Of a stretch of 64,000 nt of DNA, positions 1 to 21,747 are shown piece after piece. The notes under the pieces are model-generated. The model worked only from the letters and a program-made list of their open reading frames with translations. It did not search any database and was not told the origin of the DNA. The DNA lies in NCBI GenBank assembly GCA_963693365.1, contig CAVNZM010000001.1, forward strand, positions 9,936,907-10,000,906. Reading direction: 5' to 3'. Within the stretch, counting starts at the first letter, position 1. Each line of letters opens with the position of its first letter. The DNA comes from Amoebidium appalachense (lineage: Eukaryota; Protista; Ichthyosporea). Made by a program: the position numbers and the translations under genes.

Positions 1-56
1 CTCTCTCTCTTCTCTCTATCCCCCCCCCCCCCCCCCCCCCCCCCCCCTTTCTTTCG

Positions 57-105
<49 letters not shown>

Positions 106-227
106 GCCACCCCCACCCCACCCCCCCTCCACCTCTCTCTCTCTCCCCCCCCACCCCACCCCCCCCCCCCCCCCCCCCCCCTTTCTCTCTCTCTATCTCC
201 CCTCCCCCCTCATCCCCCTTCTCTTGC

Positions 228-267
<40 letters not shown>

Positions 268-424
268 TCCCCCGCCCCTCCCCACCAATCCCTCTCCCTC
301 CCCCTCCCCCCCCCCACCCACCCCCCTCTCTTTCTGTTCTCCCCACCTGTATCTCTCTCTCTCTCTCCCCTCCCCCTCCCCCCCCCCCCCTCTCTCTCTC
401 TCCCTCTCTCTCTCTCCGTCCCCA

Positions 425-467
<43 letters not shown>

Positions 468-519
468 CCCCCCCCCTCCTCCCTCCTCTCTCTCTCTCTC
501 TAATGCCATCCTCCTCTTC

Positions 520-553
<34 letters not shown>

Positions 554-1585
554 ACAAAAAAAAAAAAAAAAAAAAAAAAGGAAAAAAAGTAAAGAAAGAA
601 AGAGGATGGAGAAAAGAAAACGCGGGGGGGGGGGGGGGGGGGGGTTATAATAAACTTACTCGGCCCTCAACGTCCACAAACCAAGCTGGCGCTGTTGCCA
701 CTGCGATTCTTCTTCCCATTCAAATTAATGAGACTCGGGGGATGGATTTTAGTTAAAAATTGGGGGTGCTCAACAAATCAAGATCGTCCAAATTCCATAA
801 TTGATCCTGTCGATCAATAGATGCCGAACTGTCCCAAAGTTCAATTTGCACTATAAACCCCGCTTCGATCCTGGACGATTGACCGCATAAAGTTTGAGAG
901 AAAATGAAAATACACTTAGAATGTGGGGGGTAATTACCTAATAAAATTTTTGTCAGGGGGAGTGGTAGGCCTCGGTTGAGATGCCCACCTTTTGCTTAGC
1001 ATAAGCAATTATAGAGAGGGTAGAATAAGACCTTACGAGGGGCTGGGATTGAAACTTTTTTAAGTAATTACCCCTCAGGATTTTATTTTCAGGCCAAATC
1101 TATGTGTTCATTCTCTCTGGATCTAGCGTCGAAACTAAGACAGCTTGAAATAAAAATTTCATCTGGCTCACAGACTGGAATTTGATCGATCCCGATCGAT
1201 TGGATCCCCCGGTCACATTGCCGGCGAACCATCCCCTAAGTTACCTTAAATCGAACCCCCCTCCCCCCCCCCCCCCCCCCCCACTCTTTGCTTGAGCGTT
1301 TGTTTTGTGTTTTTCGCGGTTTTTGTTGATTGGGGGGGGGGGGGGGAGGGGGGGGGGGGGGGAGGGAAGACGGGGTAGGGATGAAGGGAGAGGGATAGTG
1401 GTTGGGGAATGGCGGGGCAGGTGAGGTGGGGATGGAGGGGGGAGGAGAGAGAGGGGGGGGGGGGGGGGGGGGGGGGGAGAGGGAGAGAGAGAGGTGGTGT
1501 GTGTGTTTTCAAAAAAAAAAAAAAAAGGCGGTTGTGTGTCTATCATAGGGTCGGTTCGAAAAAGGATAAGGCTTCCAAGAGGGAA

Positions 1586-1622
<37 letters not shown>

Positions 1623-3171
1623 TCTCTCTCTCTCTGTGTGTGTGGGGGGGGGGGAGGGGGGGGGGGGGGGGGGGGGGGGGGCTGGAATGCAATCTGACTG
1701 TTTTGTGTCAGGTCAAGGCTGTGGTGCAATACACACCCACAAAGGACAGGAGGAGGAGTGTGCTGGCTGACAGGCAGAACATTGCAGGTGGGTACATGCA
1801 CACACACATGTATACATGTGCCCATACGCGTACACAGATGCACGCACACTGTACACACATAGACACATGCACATGCACATGCACATGCACATGCACTCAG
1901 GAGCGCATATACATACATGTGCACACACGCATCCATGCATGCACACATGCACACAAACAAAACATCATGAGATGTGTGTGTGTACATCTATGTGATTACG
2001 TGCACACACATTGTCGGATACGAATGTGCGCACACACACGTACAAATACACATACATGCTAGCATGCACACAGGCACAGGCGCACGCACACAAACCCACG
2101 CACACGCACATCAGCACATACGCACAAACACACACTCGATTTGGTAACCCTGCATACCTTGTAACGTATAATTGGTTGCTTGTGTACTCGTAATCAGACT
2201 TCCAATGGTGCATAACACACACACACATACTCACACACACACACACACACATTCACAGTCACAACCACACTCACTCACACACACACACACACACACACAC
2301 CTCCCCATCTCTCACACACACACGCAAACGCACACGCACACACGTACACACACAGGCCCCAGAACCCCCACAGCCAAGAAAGGGCTCTTCTTTGCTCCCA
2401 TCTCCTCGCCCGACCGCCTTGCCAGCCCTCTGCCGGCAACACCGTGACGTGATTTCGTGTTTACATAATAGCAGATGGTGCTAACCCATTTTTTCGCGCA
2501 TTTTTCTTTTCTTTTGGATCCTCTCTCGCTCGCTCTCTCTCCATCTCTCTCCCTCTCTCTCTCTCCCCCCTCCCCCCCCCCCCCCCTCTCTCTCTCCCCC
2601 CCCCCCCCCCCCCCCTCTCTCTCTCTCTCCCCCCCCCACCCCCCTCTCCCTCTCTCTCTCCCTACCGCCCCTATCTGTCTTTGTGTGTGTGCGTGTGTGT
2701 GCGTGCGTGCGTGTGTGCGTGCGTGCAAGTCCAAACTTGCAAACACAAGGAGCAATTTTTCAAAGTTTTCTGATCAGGAGTGATGTGAAGGTGTTTCACA
2801 GAGGTACAGATAGTGGAGGGCACTGAGACTCCTTTTTTTCAAGTATCTCGTATATTCCATATCATTCCTTTAAAGTTCCAACACTTGTGTGTGATGGGAA
2901 GTTGGTGGTGGGGTGGGGATTTTTAGTTGAGGTCTGAAATTTCTGCCATGCACTCATCATATGTACATACTTCGATTGATTTTACGTATTTCAACACCAA
3001 ATTTCACATGGGGGTCTGTAGCTGTTGCAACAGTAAGAAACCGAAATTTGCGGGTGAAGCTAATAATTAATCGTAATCACAAAAATGCAGAGGTGGCACC
3101 AAGTTGGTGGTGCCAGTGTCAGTAAACTGTTCACTAACATCAGTTACTGGATGCAACTATTTTTGTGCTTT

Positions 3172-3226
<55 letters not shown>

Positions 3227-4216
3227 ACACACCACCACTACCACTACCACCATCACCACCCACGCAAAAAAAAAAAAAAAAAAAAAAAGGCAAAACAAAA
3301 AATCCCTCCAGGACCGGGTTCACCAGACGAAACCAGTTGATTAAAGGGGGAAAAGGGGGAAAAGAAGAAACGAAAACAAAGAAAAACAAAAAAGAAGAAG
3401 GAAATTAATATCTATAATCAAGCAAATGCATATGAAAGCGTCGATGTGATCGATCCTGAAACTTTCCTGCCTGTAACGCTTGTACATGTACATATGCATG
3501 TCTTGAAATGTAATTATGAGCATGCCACAAAATGCCGGCTTCTGAGTGTTTATGTTCACAAAACATATGTTCTGTTGGAGCCTTTCTGTGCACCCTCTGT
3601 ATCAGTCTCGTGGGCTAGCTGATCACCCGTTTATATAATTAATATTGTGTGCTGGTGTAGTAGCTTGTCCTCTGTGTGATAGCATCACATTACACATTAC
3701 ATTGGATTCGTGAACATACATACATCCACAGGCGTGTGCTCGTGTACGTGTGTGTGTGTGCCTGTGTGTCTGTGTGACGGTCTCTGTCTCTCTCTCTGTC
3801 TCTGTCTATCTGAATGTGTGTGTGTTTAGATAAGCCGTGTGTAAGTTTTTTTGCCAGAAAATCGAAAAGCAGATCTAGAACTCAGAACATCTCATTCGTG
3901 CAAGTACAAACATGTTCAAATAGCAGCCCCTGCCAGCAATCCATATACAGCAAATTTATTGTGGTCCGCATGTATTAAACTTAGGTGCACACACAATTTT
4001 TCCAGTGAGGTTTAGGCGAGTGTAACGGCTCAAAAGGGAGGGTGTAATAGAAGAGTTGACGACATTACCTAGATTTCACGTTTTACTCTCCAAATCAAAC
4101 CAAACCGACCATTATTCTTTGATAACCGGCAAGAACAACGGCTTACACGAATTCGGCCATCATAATTAATTAAGAAAAAAAGGATCCCCCCCCCCCCCCC
4201 CCCCCCCCCCCCAATT

Positions 4217-4254
<38 letters not shown>

Positions 4255-4372
4255 GAAAGGTAGAGGGAAAAAAGGAAAAGAAATCTTAGAGAAGACGACC
4301 ATACGGGCTTTATTTATCCTGATCTGGCCGGGCCCAATAGAAAACAAGAGTTAAGTTTTATGTGTCACCCAA

Positions 4373-11854
<7,482 letters not shown>

Positions 11855-11912
11855 TCAGCTTGTCGTGATTTACCCGATCACCTGTGGGGTAAACTGGAAA
11901 AACGGGGGGGAG

Positions 11913-11990
<78 letters not shown>

Positions 11991-12502
11991 GGGGGGGCTT
12001 GTGAGTTTTTGCCACTTAGTTTTGGGATTGTCTTCTTAGTTACTTGGGGAGGGGGGGGGGGGAGGGGGGGGGGGGAGGGGGCCAAGCGGACGCAAGGGAG
12101 GGGATGGCTCTAATATTTGTGTGTGGCGTGTGTGCGTGTTCGGAGAGGGGAGGGAGGGAGGGCAAGGGAGGGAGGGAGGGGGGGGGGGGGGGGGGATAGG
12201 AGGTAAGAAGAAAGGGGTGCCAAGAGCGTAACACATTGAGATTATGGGTGAACGCACTGGGGGGAAGGGCGGGGCTAGGGAGGGGAGGGGGGGGGGAAGG
12301 GAAAGGGGGGGGAGGGGGGGGGGGGGGGTAGTCGTGTGAATGGTATGCTTGTAGGTTGTCGTGTGTATGTGGGTGGAAGCATATAGAAGGTCGTCATCGG
12401 AGTGTTTTTGTTGGGAGAAAAGGGTGTGTGGGTGTGGGTGTCTGTGCCCACCCACCCACCCACCCACTCACAGGCACAAATACAGACACACGCGCAGACA
12501 CA

Positions 12503-12573
<71 letters not shown>

Positions 12574-13186
12574 GGGGCGTAAGAACCACACATTAGAGGG
12601 AGGGTCGACTGTGTAAAGAAATGTGGACATATGTGTGTGGTGAGAGGGGAAAAGCATTATACCAAAAATTATTAATGGTGGAAAGCGTGTGTGTGTGTGT
12701 GCGTGCGTGGGGTGGGGGGGGGGGGGGGGGGGGGGGGGGCTGGCTGCCTTCTTTTCCCGGGGGGAGGCCGGGGGGGGGGGGCGGGGAGGGGGGGGGGGGG
12801 AGGGGCAGGAGTCCGAGGGGCTGACCAAGCCAAAAAGCAAAACCACGAGCAGAAACACTCAGCAAAGAGGAGAGATAAAAATGCAAAAGAACGAAGCATA
12901 GGTGAGCCAGTCAAAGCCATGAACAGTGAGAAGGCAAGGAAGTAGGAATGGGGGGGGTGAGGGGGGAGGGGGTGAGGGGGGAGGAGTGAGTGTGATTGGG
13001 GGGGGGGGGGAGGGGGGGAGGGGAGGGGGGGGGGAGTGGGGAACAACTGCTAAAAGGTCAACAGGGAGAAGAGAGAGGAGAACAGCATGAAACACGTGGA
13101 ACCTACAATTGGGTGGGGGGCAGGTATATGGGGGGGAAGGGGGGGGGGGGGAGGGGGGAAGGGGGGGAAGGGGGAGGGGAGGGGCA

Positions 13187-13218
<32 letters not shown>

Positions 13219-13488
13219 GAAGTGTGGCAGTAGGAAGATAGCTTAGCGGGGAGGGGGGAGGGAGGGCGGTTAGAGGTGGTGGGGGGAGGGGGCGGGGGGG
13301 GGGGGGGGGGGTTGAAAGAAAGGGGACGTGCACAAAATGGGAAAGGGGCTGGGGGGGAAGACGGAGGGGAGAAAGAGAACTGGGAAAGGGAGGGGGAGGG
13401 GGGAGGGGAAGGAGGGGAAGACAGAGAGGATGGGAAGAATGGGGGGGTTTAAAGGGGGCGGGAGGGGGCGGGGGGGGGGGGGGGGGGG

Positions 13489-13577
13489 TTGGAGATGCGT
13501 TGCAGAGAACACGATGAAAGGCGCAGAGCACATCTCAAAGAGTTTGGATTACTGAAGCAGAGCCCATTCTTTTCAGG
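13489..13577 (+). repeat. Dispersed repeat family A, copy 4 (diverged)
   Basis: G-run, then AACACGATG..AAAGAGT..AAGCAGAGCCCAT..CAGGGG. Confidence 0.55.
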
Positions 13578-16500
13578 GGAGGGAGAGGGGGGAGGGAGGG
13601 AGGGGGGTGGGGGGAGGGGGGGGGGGAAACTCAGAGGGCAGGGGGGGGGGGGGGGCACATACCAAGCTGCGTGTGTGTGCGTTTCTTGGGCCTGCAGTAC
13701 GTAATCGTACAGGTTCAAGACTCCGTGTGGGCACGTCACTGTACGTGTGGGTGAGGGTGAGAGCGTAAGGATGTGCGTGCATGCGTAGTGCACTTGTGTA
13801 AAGCAAGAGGAGACTGAACTCGGCTTGTCCGTAATTAGGTGGAAGCTTCTACAGCAAGGTGGCAGATACTGAGTGCGTGTTTAATTCGCCCCTTTATAAT
13901 AACGATATACCAGCGAGAATATCCTGTGTGTGCACGTGTATGGCACCTTGTGTGGGTGTGCGCGTGTACATGCCGTAGTGTACTCAGACATATAGGACAT
14001 CATTGGCTAATCGGGTTATTTGTTTTGTTACCCGCATTGGAAATTACTTGTACCTAATATGGCAAGTTGAATTCGCAATTGCCAAAGTCAAAAGCTCGAA
14101 AAGATCGTTGATCAAGTTACATTTGATATATCCACAAATATCTACTTCGATCAATTTAATTGACGCCATATTAGTAGCTATTCTGCATTCTGCCCAAATT
14201 TTAATTAAAAATTTGTAACACTGCAGGCATTACATTTCAATATTAAGCTTTGTGCTCTGCATTCGGTGGGTCATTCTGTCAGGTTGAATTAGATAGAGAA
14301 TGGCTTCATAAAGAAGAAACCTTCTTAGATACACTAAAAACTGTTTTGGAATATATTTACTTGTCACGAACAAGCGATGCTTTTGGAGATCACAGGCATG
14401 TTGCTGAGACCTGCAACCTGTGTACAACTGGATCATAGTGCAATTTTATACAAACGGGGAACAAAAAAGGAAAAAAAAAAAAAAAAAAGTATAAAAAGGC
14501 AAACTTATTCTTCAGATTTTAGGAATTGATAATATAGATCACGTACATACATATTTGCCTGGGTGTCAGCGGATGATTGGTCAGTTGCTCGACCAGAAAT
14601 ATTTCTACCCTGGCCGCGCGTTGTGCTTTTCTGACTGTGTCGGATTTACCTGATGTGCCCCTATGAACACCCTATAGCCTTGTTTATCCTGGGCGTCATT
14701 CGAACAAAGTGTATAGATCTATAATAATAAAATTATGCACTTACTGAAAGAAACTAAGCTAGAGATTGGGGATTGCGATGTTTAAATGTAGCCATGATAC
14801 TTCTGGAACTTCCATGAATGTTTGTGATCGATCGATCACATGCATCTGGGTGACTGGGTTGTATTTGTTCGCCCTGGAGGTGGGCAAAATAAGCAGTCGT
14901 AAAGGTCACTCAAGGATCTTTGCTGAGCCACGTAAATCGCAGGGATCTAGATCATCGATTGGCGCCCTAATCCTATAGGACGATTCAGAGTGAAAATGTG
15001 GTTAACTTCTTGAAACTACATCGACAACCTTTTTAGCAGAGAGTTATATTAATATGAGTTTTGAGTTTCAGTTATGGTATCCAAAATCACCGTTGCATAC
15101 AGTGAGACATAAATGCGTACTGGATGCGATTGGCCCGATGGCCGGGGGTCACCTGGGTGTTTCCGAGTGACTGAAATTCCGAATTTCTCTTTTGGCTGGA
15201 TTTATTGGACGGAAAGATATGCAAGTATGCACGACGGCATACTGAGAAGACAATAAAACTTTACGAGTTATCCAGTAACAAGTGCATACTGAGATACCTG
15301 AACACTGTGTGAAAATCATATAAATACTCAATGTAGCAGAATTCAACAAAAAGTCTAAACTGGTCACATTGCCAGCCAGTGTAGCAGACACCCGTAGGGA
15401 AAGAGGTAAAACGCGACATAAAAAAATCACACCGCTATCAACATGCTTGCGATTAAAAAGTTCAGCACAAAACGCAGTGGCACCAGCGGCGATGGAAACA
15501 AAAATTACAACGCCACTGCACACTGTGACTTCCCAGGCAATATCAACATCAGAGCACCATACAGACTTACGTACTAGGGTGGTATCCATACGTACAGCAG
15601 GAGAAATGTATCCTGCCAAAGCTCCCAAAAAGCGATAATGATCAGTACGGTGGCCTAAGGAACATAACACATGCCGACTGAGTTTTACCTTTGATTTCTC
15701 TATCAGAACGAGAAAGAACCTATACTGCATATGGTAATAACGCGAAAAGGCAGAAAAAACAGGAAGAGGAAAGAAAGAGGGAGTGAGATAGCGGGAGGAA
15801 GAATCAGGTTGTGTGAGAAAGGGGGTAGGCTGAGGACATTTAGAAGTAGCGTTGGTGAACTTCGGGGGAAAGAGCCTCAGGGATGGAGGGAGGGGGGGGA
15901 AAGAAAGCATAAAGAGGGTGACCATCAGGTATCCTAACTAAATAAAAACAAAAACGAAGAGACAATTCCTCCATATGACAAACAGCAGACGACAACAAAC
16001 ATACTGATTAAGGGAGGCACAAACCGACTACGAAACAAAGTGCGCAGCGCAGTACCCTGAAAATCCTCGAACTCTTTCAGCGCCACGGCCGCCTCGCGAG
16101 GCCATGGGGCGAAGGCCAATAGCGGAAAGTCCATATTCGAAAGTTGACCGTTAAAAAGTTTTATAGTAGAGAAGAAGGTTCGCAGGATGGATCACAGACT
16201 CCCGTTGAAACATATTTGACACGATGTGAAGCTTACCCTTCGCACGAGCGATCCATGCCGTGAGGAGCTTGCGGAAATCAATACCCCGTGCAGTAGAAAG
16301 TTGTAAATGCGGATTTTCAGCCCCTTGTATTTTGGGGAAAGGTTTGCGTGTATACTTAGGACCCATCGGCCATCGCACTCTGATATGATCAGTTGTTCGG
16401 TGTAGGCTTTCCAATTGGTCGAGCATCAACACTACATTTGCGTTGTTTCAAATTCTTGTGATCCTTCTGATCACAATTATTTGCTGCTGCAGCAAGTTGA

Positions 16501-17161
16501 TAGTGTCAGGCATTGTAGAACGTTCTTTGTTTTTATTACTGCTCTAGGTAGTTGATAAGCGCTCTATTGAGTAACGGTAACATAAGGGATAATTGTCTTG
16601 TGGCTTTTTTCATAAGTGGGCAAATGAACCTTTAAAGAGCCACGCGTCACAAAAGAAAGCTTTATCATTTTATTCACCCCCTTCAAGGCTCAGCGTGATA
16701 AAAAGCCAACCCCGGTTATTGTTGGCTGAGCAGTGGCAAAGCTTTTCCCAATGGAATGAATGAATCATAGTGTTGAGAATGCCCGGCAACCTGGAAAACA
16801 CCATGAAATGTCAAGATACAGTACACAAACATGATAAAATTTGGAAATTGTTAATTGGCGCTGGCTAGGTAAACACCCAAGCATCAGCAAAGATCTTTCT
16901 TACTTTTTAACAAACCACTTTTTCTGTCGCCGACCTTCGGGTTGACGGTGATTATAAACATCTGCTTCGCTCTAATTCTATCCCAAAAAGCAAGTTGATT
17001 GGCGCACACATCCTCATCAAGTGTTTGCTCCCCCGCTTCGTCGTCAGTCCCACCTTCCCCTCGTTCAGTTCACGTCTCTGCTGGGCTGCCTTAGTGAACG
17101 GAACGCGAAAAAGAAAAAAAGAAAACCTGGTGTAGGCTTTAGTCATTTTTTAAACACGAAA

Positions 17162-18421
17162 ATGCCTGCTGTTTTGTCACGTTCGCGCACTGGGTCGCTT
17201 TTCAAGCGCAAGACCGAGCGAGATGCACTCTCCCAGCTCATTACCACTCCCGGTTTTCGATTTGACATAAACCAATTCGATTTGGTAAAGACAGTCGGTT
17301 CAGGTGCTTGTGCTTCTGTAGCTCTATGCAAACACAAACCAACCGGACAAAACGTAGCACTGAAAATGATTCCTAAGGGCGGTTGTTCTGCGGATGTTGG
17401 CCGGGAGCGCAACGTTGTCGCCAACTTGATGACGACCTTCAGCCCATACGTCGTAAAAACCTACGGCTCCTTTCAGGATGATGCTTTCCTTTACTACGTT
17501 ATGGAATACGTAAACGGAGGTGAGCTTTTTGCTACTCTCCAGGTGCAGAAAGACCGCCGCTTTACCGAACATGTCGCGCGTTTCTACCTCGCCGAGGTTA
17601 TCCTCGGCTTGAAACACGTACACGAACGTGCAAACGTTGTCCACCGCGACCTGAAACCCGAAAACATTCTCGTTACCGAAGACGGACACGCAAAACTGAT
17701 TGACTTTGGTTTTGCCAAGCCGCTAAATCGCAACGATAAAACATACACGCTATGCGGCACGCCAGAGTACACCGCACCTGAGATGGTAAGGGATACCGGC
17801 TACGGTTACTCTGCCGATCACTGGGCCCTCGGTGTCCTTCTCTATGAAATGTTGGTTGGCCGCGCTCCCTTCTCCGTTGCGCGCTACGACGGCGCACCCG
17901 AGCCGGACTACACCGCCATCATCGAAGGGAAATACGTCGTTCCTGAGTATCTGTCGGTGGATGCACGCCATCTCATTCGCAACCTCCTTGTGCTGGATCC
18001 CCGCAAGCGTCTCGGTGCCGCCGGCGGCCTTACGGAAATTCGCCAGCATAGATTTTTCGCTGGGTTCGACTGGGAGGCCCTCGAGCAAAGCCTGCTCAAA
18101 CCACCCAAGCTGGTCAAGCGTGCAAAGAAGAATATGTGCTTCATCCCCCAGAGGCAAAGCATGTGGACCGGCTCACGCGTGGATCAGTCTGTTTTCGCTG
18201 ATTTCTCCGGTGTTTTTGTGCCCGACATGGCTGTGTCCAGCAAGGAGTGCCAAGTGTACGAGGACACCAAGAACATTGAAGCGCTTGAGTTGGCGAGCAA
18301 TAGCTCGAGCAACGATTTTACGTTTAGTGATGCCAAGGCACCCAGGGATAGCCCTGTGACCAAGACCGCACGCAGGCCCTTCAAGGCGCTTCGCGGATTC
18401 CTTCGTGCTGTTGCGGCATGA
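17162..18421 (+). CDS. AGC-group Ser/Thr kinase, PKA catalytic subunit-like, intronless, 419 aa
   Basis: ATG at 17162 (MPAVLSRSR). Motifs GSGACASV, VALK, YGSFQD..LYYVMEYVNGGELF, HRDLKPEN, DFG, TYTLCGTPEYTAPE, DHWALGV, KRLG, H.FF..FDW and FADF. Confidence 0.93.
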   Translation: MPAVLSRSRTGSLFKRKTERDALSQLITTPGFRFDINQFDLVKTVGSGACASVALCKHKPTGQNVALKMIPKGGCSADVGRERNVVANLMTTFSPYVVKTYGSFQDDAFLYYVMEYVNGGELFATLQVQKDRRFTEHVARFYLAEVILGLKHVHERANVVHRDLKPENILVTEDGHAKLIDFGFAKPLNRNDKTYTLCGTPEYTAPEMVRDTGYGYSADHWALGVLLYEMLVGRAPFSVARYDGAPEPDYTAIIEGKYVVPEYLSVDARHLIRNLLVLDPRKRLGAAGGLTEIRQHRFFAGFDWEALEQSLLKPPKLVKRAKKNMCFIPQRQSMWTGSRVDQSVFADFSGVFVPDMAVSSKECQVYEDTKNIEALELASNSSSNDFTFSDAKAPRDSPVTKTARRPFKALRGFLRAVAA

Positions 18422-19448
18422 ATATAGTTTTATTCTTACGTGTTGAGTTTAAAAGATATTAGAATGAAACTTGGAGTGTATGAATGACTTTCGTTTTTAA
18501 GTTGAGCGCAGATTTGTGCTTGTATGTGTGACTGCTATTCTTTGAGTTGACCAACCCACCTTGTGTTATATTATATCCTTTTTCTTTCTCACACGTGGAC
18601 ATAATTATTTGTACCTATGTGCTCGTGCTGTGCAGAGCAAGTACACGAATTTATCTCCCTGGAGGAGAAGAAAATAAGATATCACGGCTTTCACAGAGCC
18701 AAAAGGAACATCTTACAAGTGCGGCAGGCAAAGAAAAACATAATGTTGAATTTTACCCGTTCTCCCTCTGCCCTTCAAACTGTCATGCCCTTCCCTTTCT
18801 CACGACGAGCTTTTAGGTGCTGAAATCATTTTTTTTTTTTGCTCTCCCAAGCGCTGTGCGGAAAAAAAATTCGTTGTCCTGTTTCCCTCCCTGCCTTTGC
18901 CTTCTTTCGAAGTTCTCGTTTTCCAACGGTGTGCGCGAAAAGCTTCTGTGCTCTCTCCCTGCCCTAGACCTGTCTACATCAGTTTGCCGCTAACTTTAAA
19001 ATGTGCGTAACTGTTCTACCTCATCATTATAAAGTTTTAAAAACTTAATAAATAATTTGTGCGCTCTCAGTTCTTTTAGTAGATATCTGAGACGTAATGG
19101 CAATTTTGTTCCTAGATTTGAACCACACACGTATATACATGTATATATGTATATACATGTATATACATATAGATAAAAAACTACGTCATAATTGAGAAAC
19201 CCCGACATAGTCGTTAACTAATGTATATACATACGTATATACTCCCGCCAGATTGTTTGTAAGGCTTCTAATATACACCTGAAGCTCACTTTCCACTGAG
19301 GTTAGTCATCACATGTACAGATATGTGTGTTGTACACGTGTGCGTGCGCGGCGCGTGTGCGTACTGCCCGCGTGCGTGCGTGCGTGCGTGCGTGTGTGCG
19401 CGCGTGCGTGCCAAAAATTAGGGTGGAAAGGGGGCGGAGGGGGGAGAA

Positions 19449-19486
<38 letters not shown>

Positions 19487-20261
19487 TATTGAAGATGATA
19501 GGCCATTACCAGCTGCCACGATCCTAATCTAATATTGGCAACGCTAATGAGCCCCAAACCCAGGGCAGCTAAGAACCAGGATTGAGTGGGTGTCAGGGTA
19601 TCCATATCTGTTAGAAAATATTATATCTGAGAGTGTTTTTTTGGCATTCCCCCACCCCCCCCCCTTCTCCCCCCCTCCGCAGTTCTTGTCACGAACCCCA
19701 GGCTTGGCAAAAGAATCTTAGTATCGGAATGTAGTACTGAGTTACGTTGATTATTTTTAATGACACTGTGATAATAGGCGAATACGGTGTTTTACTATGT
19801 TTTTCCCCAGATCTATTCAAGTAAATATTCCGATGATTTTGTTTCTTCTACTTTTGTTTTTGTTTAAATTTTTCGGATAGTTGTTGATTGCGCTTGGAAA
19901 GATGTTTACTAAAGCCATAGGTGCAAATGCACTGTGTAATGTTCGGAATGTATGCCGTGCGCCGGTGTATGTGTGTGTGGGTGTGGGTGTGGGTGCGTGT
20001 GTGCGTGTGTGCTTGTGTGTGTGTGTGTGTGTATGCACGTGTAGGTGCATGGACGCGCACAAGTGTGCGTGTGTGGGTGCGAATTGTGCATAAGGGCGCG
20101 TGTATGTGTGTGTGTGTGTGTGTGTGCATGTGCGTGTGTACGTGTATGAGTTAGTATACGGGTTGACCATGTGTTTGGTGACGTTTGTGATTTCTCAGTC
20201 AGCATGAATACCAGTGCTCAGTGTGTGTCTCCGTGCGCCCTGTGTTTGTACGTGTGTGTGT

Positions 20262-20372
<111 letters not shown>

Positions 20373-20602
20373 GTGTGTGTGTGTGTGTGTGTATTTGTGC
20401 CGCACTTGTGCACTTCAACCGGGTGTGTGGAACTGGGCAGATATATATCGGTTTAAAGAATCAGAATGCACGATGATTGAGTGCAAGTTAGACTCCCCGC
20501 CAGCGCTAGCAAGGCTGGGGCAAATTTAAACCCTGGGCTAAGTGTGTACTAGCAGCTAGATTTGTTAATGGTGTTTTAAAATAGCTCAGCTGAATGCACC
20601 AT

Positions 20603-20670
20603 TAGCACCCTAGTTAGGGTACTGCAGTCGGTGTTTAGTGGAAGCCTTGTAGTTCCCATGAGGGGCCCCC
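20603..20670 (+). repeat. Dispersed repeat family B, copy 1
   Basis: TAGCACCCTA..TAGG..CAGTCGGTG..GTGGAAG..GTAGTTCC..CATGAGGG..CCCC, with GGAACAAAAC further on, similar to 30714-30800. Confidence 0.5.
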
Positions 20671-20942
20671 TGAATCCTCCCCCCCCCCCCCCCCCCCTCC
20701 CTCCCTCCTCCTCCTCTCCCCCCCTTGGCCCCCTCCCCTCCCCCCCCCCCCCCCCCCCCCCGGAACAAAACCTATAAGATCATTTGAAAGAGTGTGAATT
20801 AGACAGACTCTGATTTCTCGGCCTCGTGAGAAATGTCATCTGATATCTCCTCCCTCCATATATCTTGAGCAGTTGAAAAGCTAACTCTTGAAAAATTGCT
20901 TTGGGGATGTGAAGGAATATTAGTAATCCACATGAACGAGTG

Positions 20943-20973
<31 letters not shown>

Positions 20974-21243
20974 TCTCTCTCTCTCCTCCCCCCCCCCCCC
21001 CAAAAACCCCCCCAAACCCCCCCCCCCCCTTGTTTTTTTTTCTTTCAGGAATATACTTGTTAAGCGGTACAAACACAACCTAGGTAGACTAAGGATGTGT
21101 TCCCACACCTTAGCCTACCAATATACACAACCTGATCAACGGATCCGGATACTGATTTGCCCACACATACACCGAGTCCCGACACTATCGCGTAGTGCGT
21201 ATGCATACACATTACATAGCATGTGTATTAAGCCTATTTTCGT

Positions 21244-21277
<34 letters not shown>

Positions 21278-21376
21278 CCTTTTGTGTGTGTGTGTGGTGG
21301 TGGTGGTGGTGATGGTGGGATGGAGGAGGGGAGGAGGGGGGGGGGGGGGGAGGAAGGGTGGGGATTCCCCCCCCCC

Positions 21377-21416
<40 letters not shown>

Positions 21417-21435
21417 GTGGCTGGGTGGGTGGGTA

Positions 21436-21468
<33 letters not shown>

Positions 21469-21715
21469 GGGGGGGGGGGGGGGGGGGGGGGGCACCTGCT
21501 CAAGAGGGTTATGGGGACCTCCCCCCACCCCCTCCCCAAGCTAACCTCACCTCTATGATGGCTTTTTCTGTGCCTCCTTCTTTCCGAGCTTTTTTTTGGG
21601 AGGGGTGGTGGTGATGGTGGTGGTGGGGAGGGGAGGGAGGGTTGGGTAGGTGGTTGGGTGGCTGGGTGGTGGTGGTGTGTGTGTGTGTGGTGGTGGTGGT
21701 GGTGGTGGTGGTGGT

Positions 21716-21747
<32 letters not shown>

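Noticed and set aside
660-719. Possible minus-strand exon MGRRIAVATAPAWFVDVEGR before a GTAAGT donor
   Set aside because: Only 20 codons, no recognisable motif and no partner exon in the window.
880-1110. Degenerate inverted repeat around GGGGTAATTAC / GTAATTACCCC
   Set aside because: Probably an old MITE interior, but its ends and TSD cannot be defined.
15149-15937. ORFs of 258, 89 and 68 aa upstream of the kinase
   Set aside because: No recognisable domain or codon bias; could be UTR or intergenic sequence.
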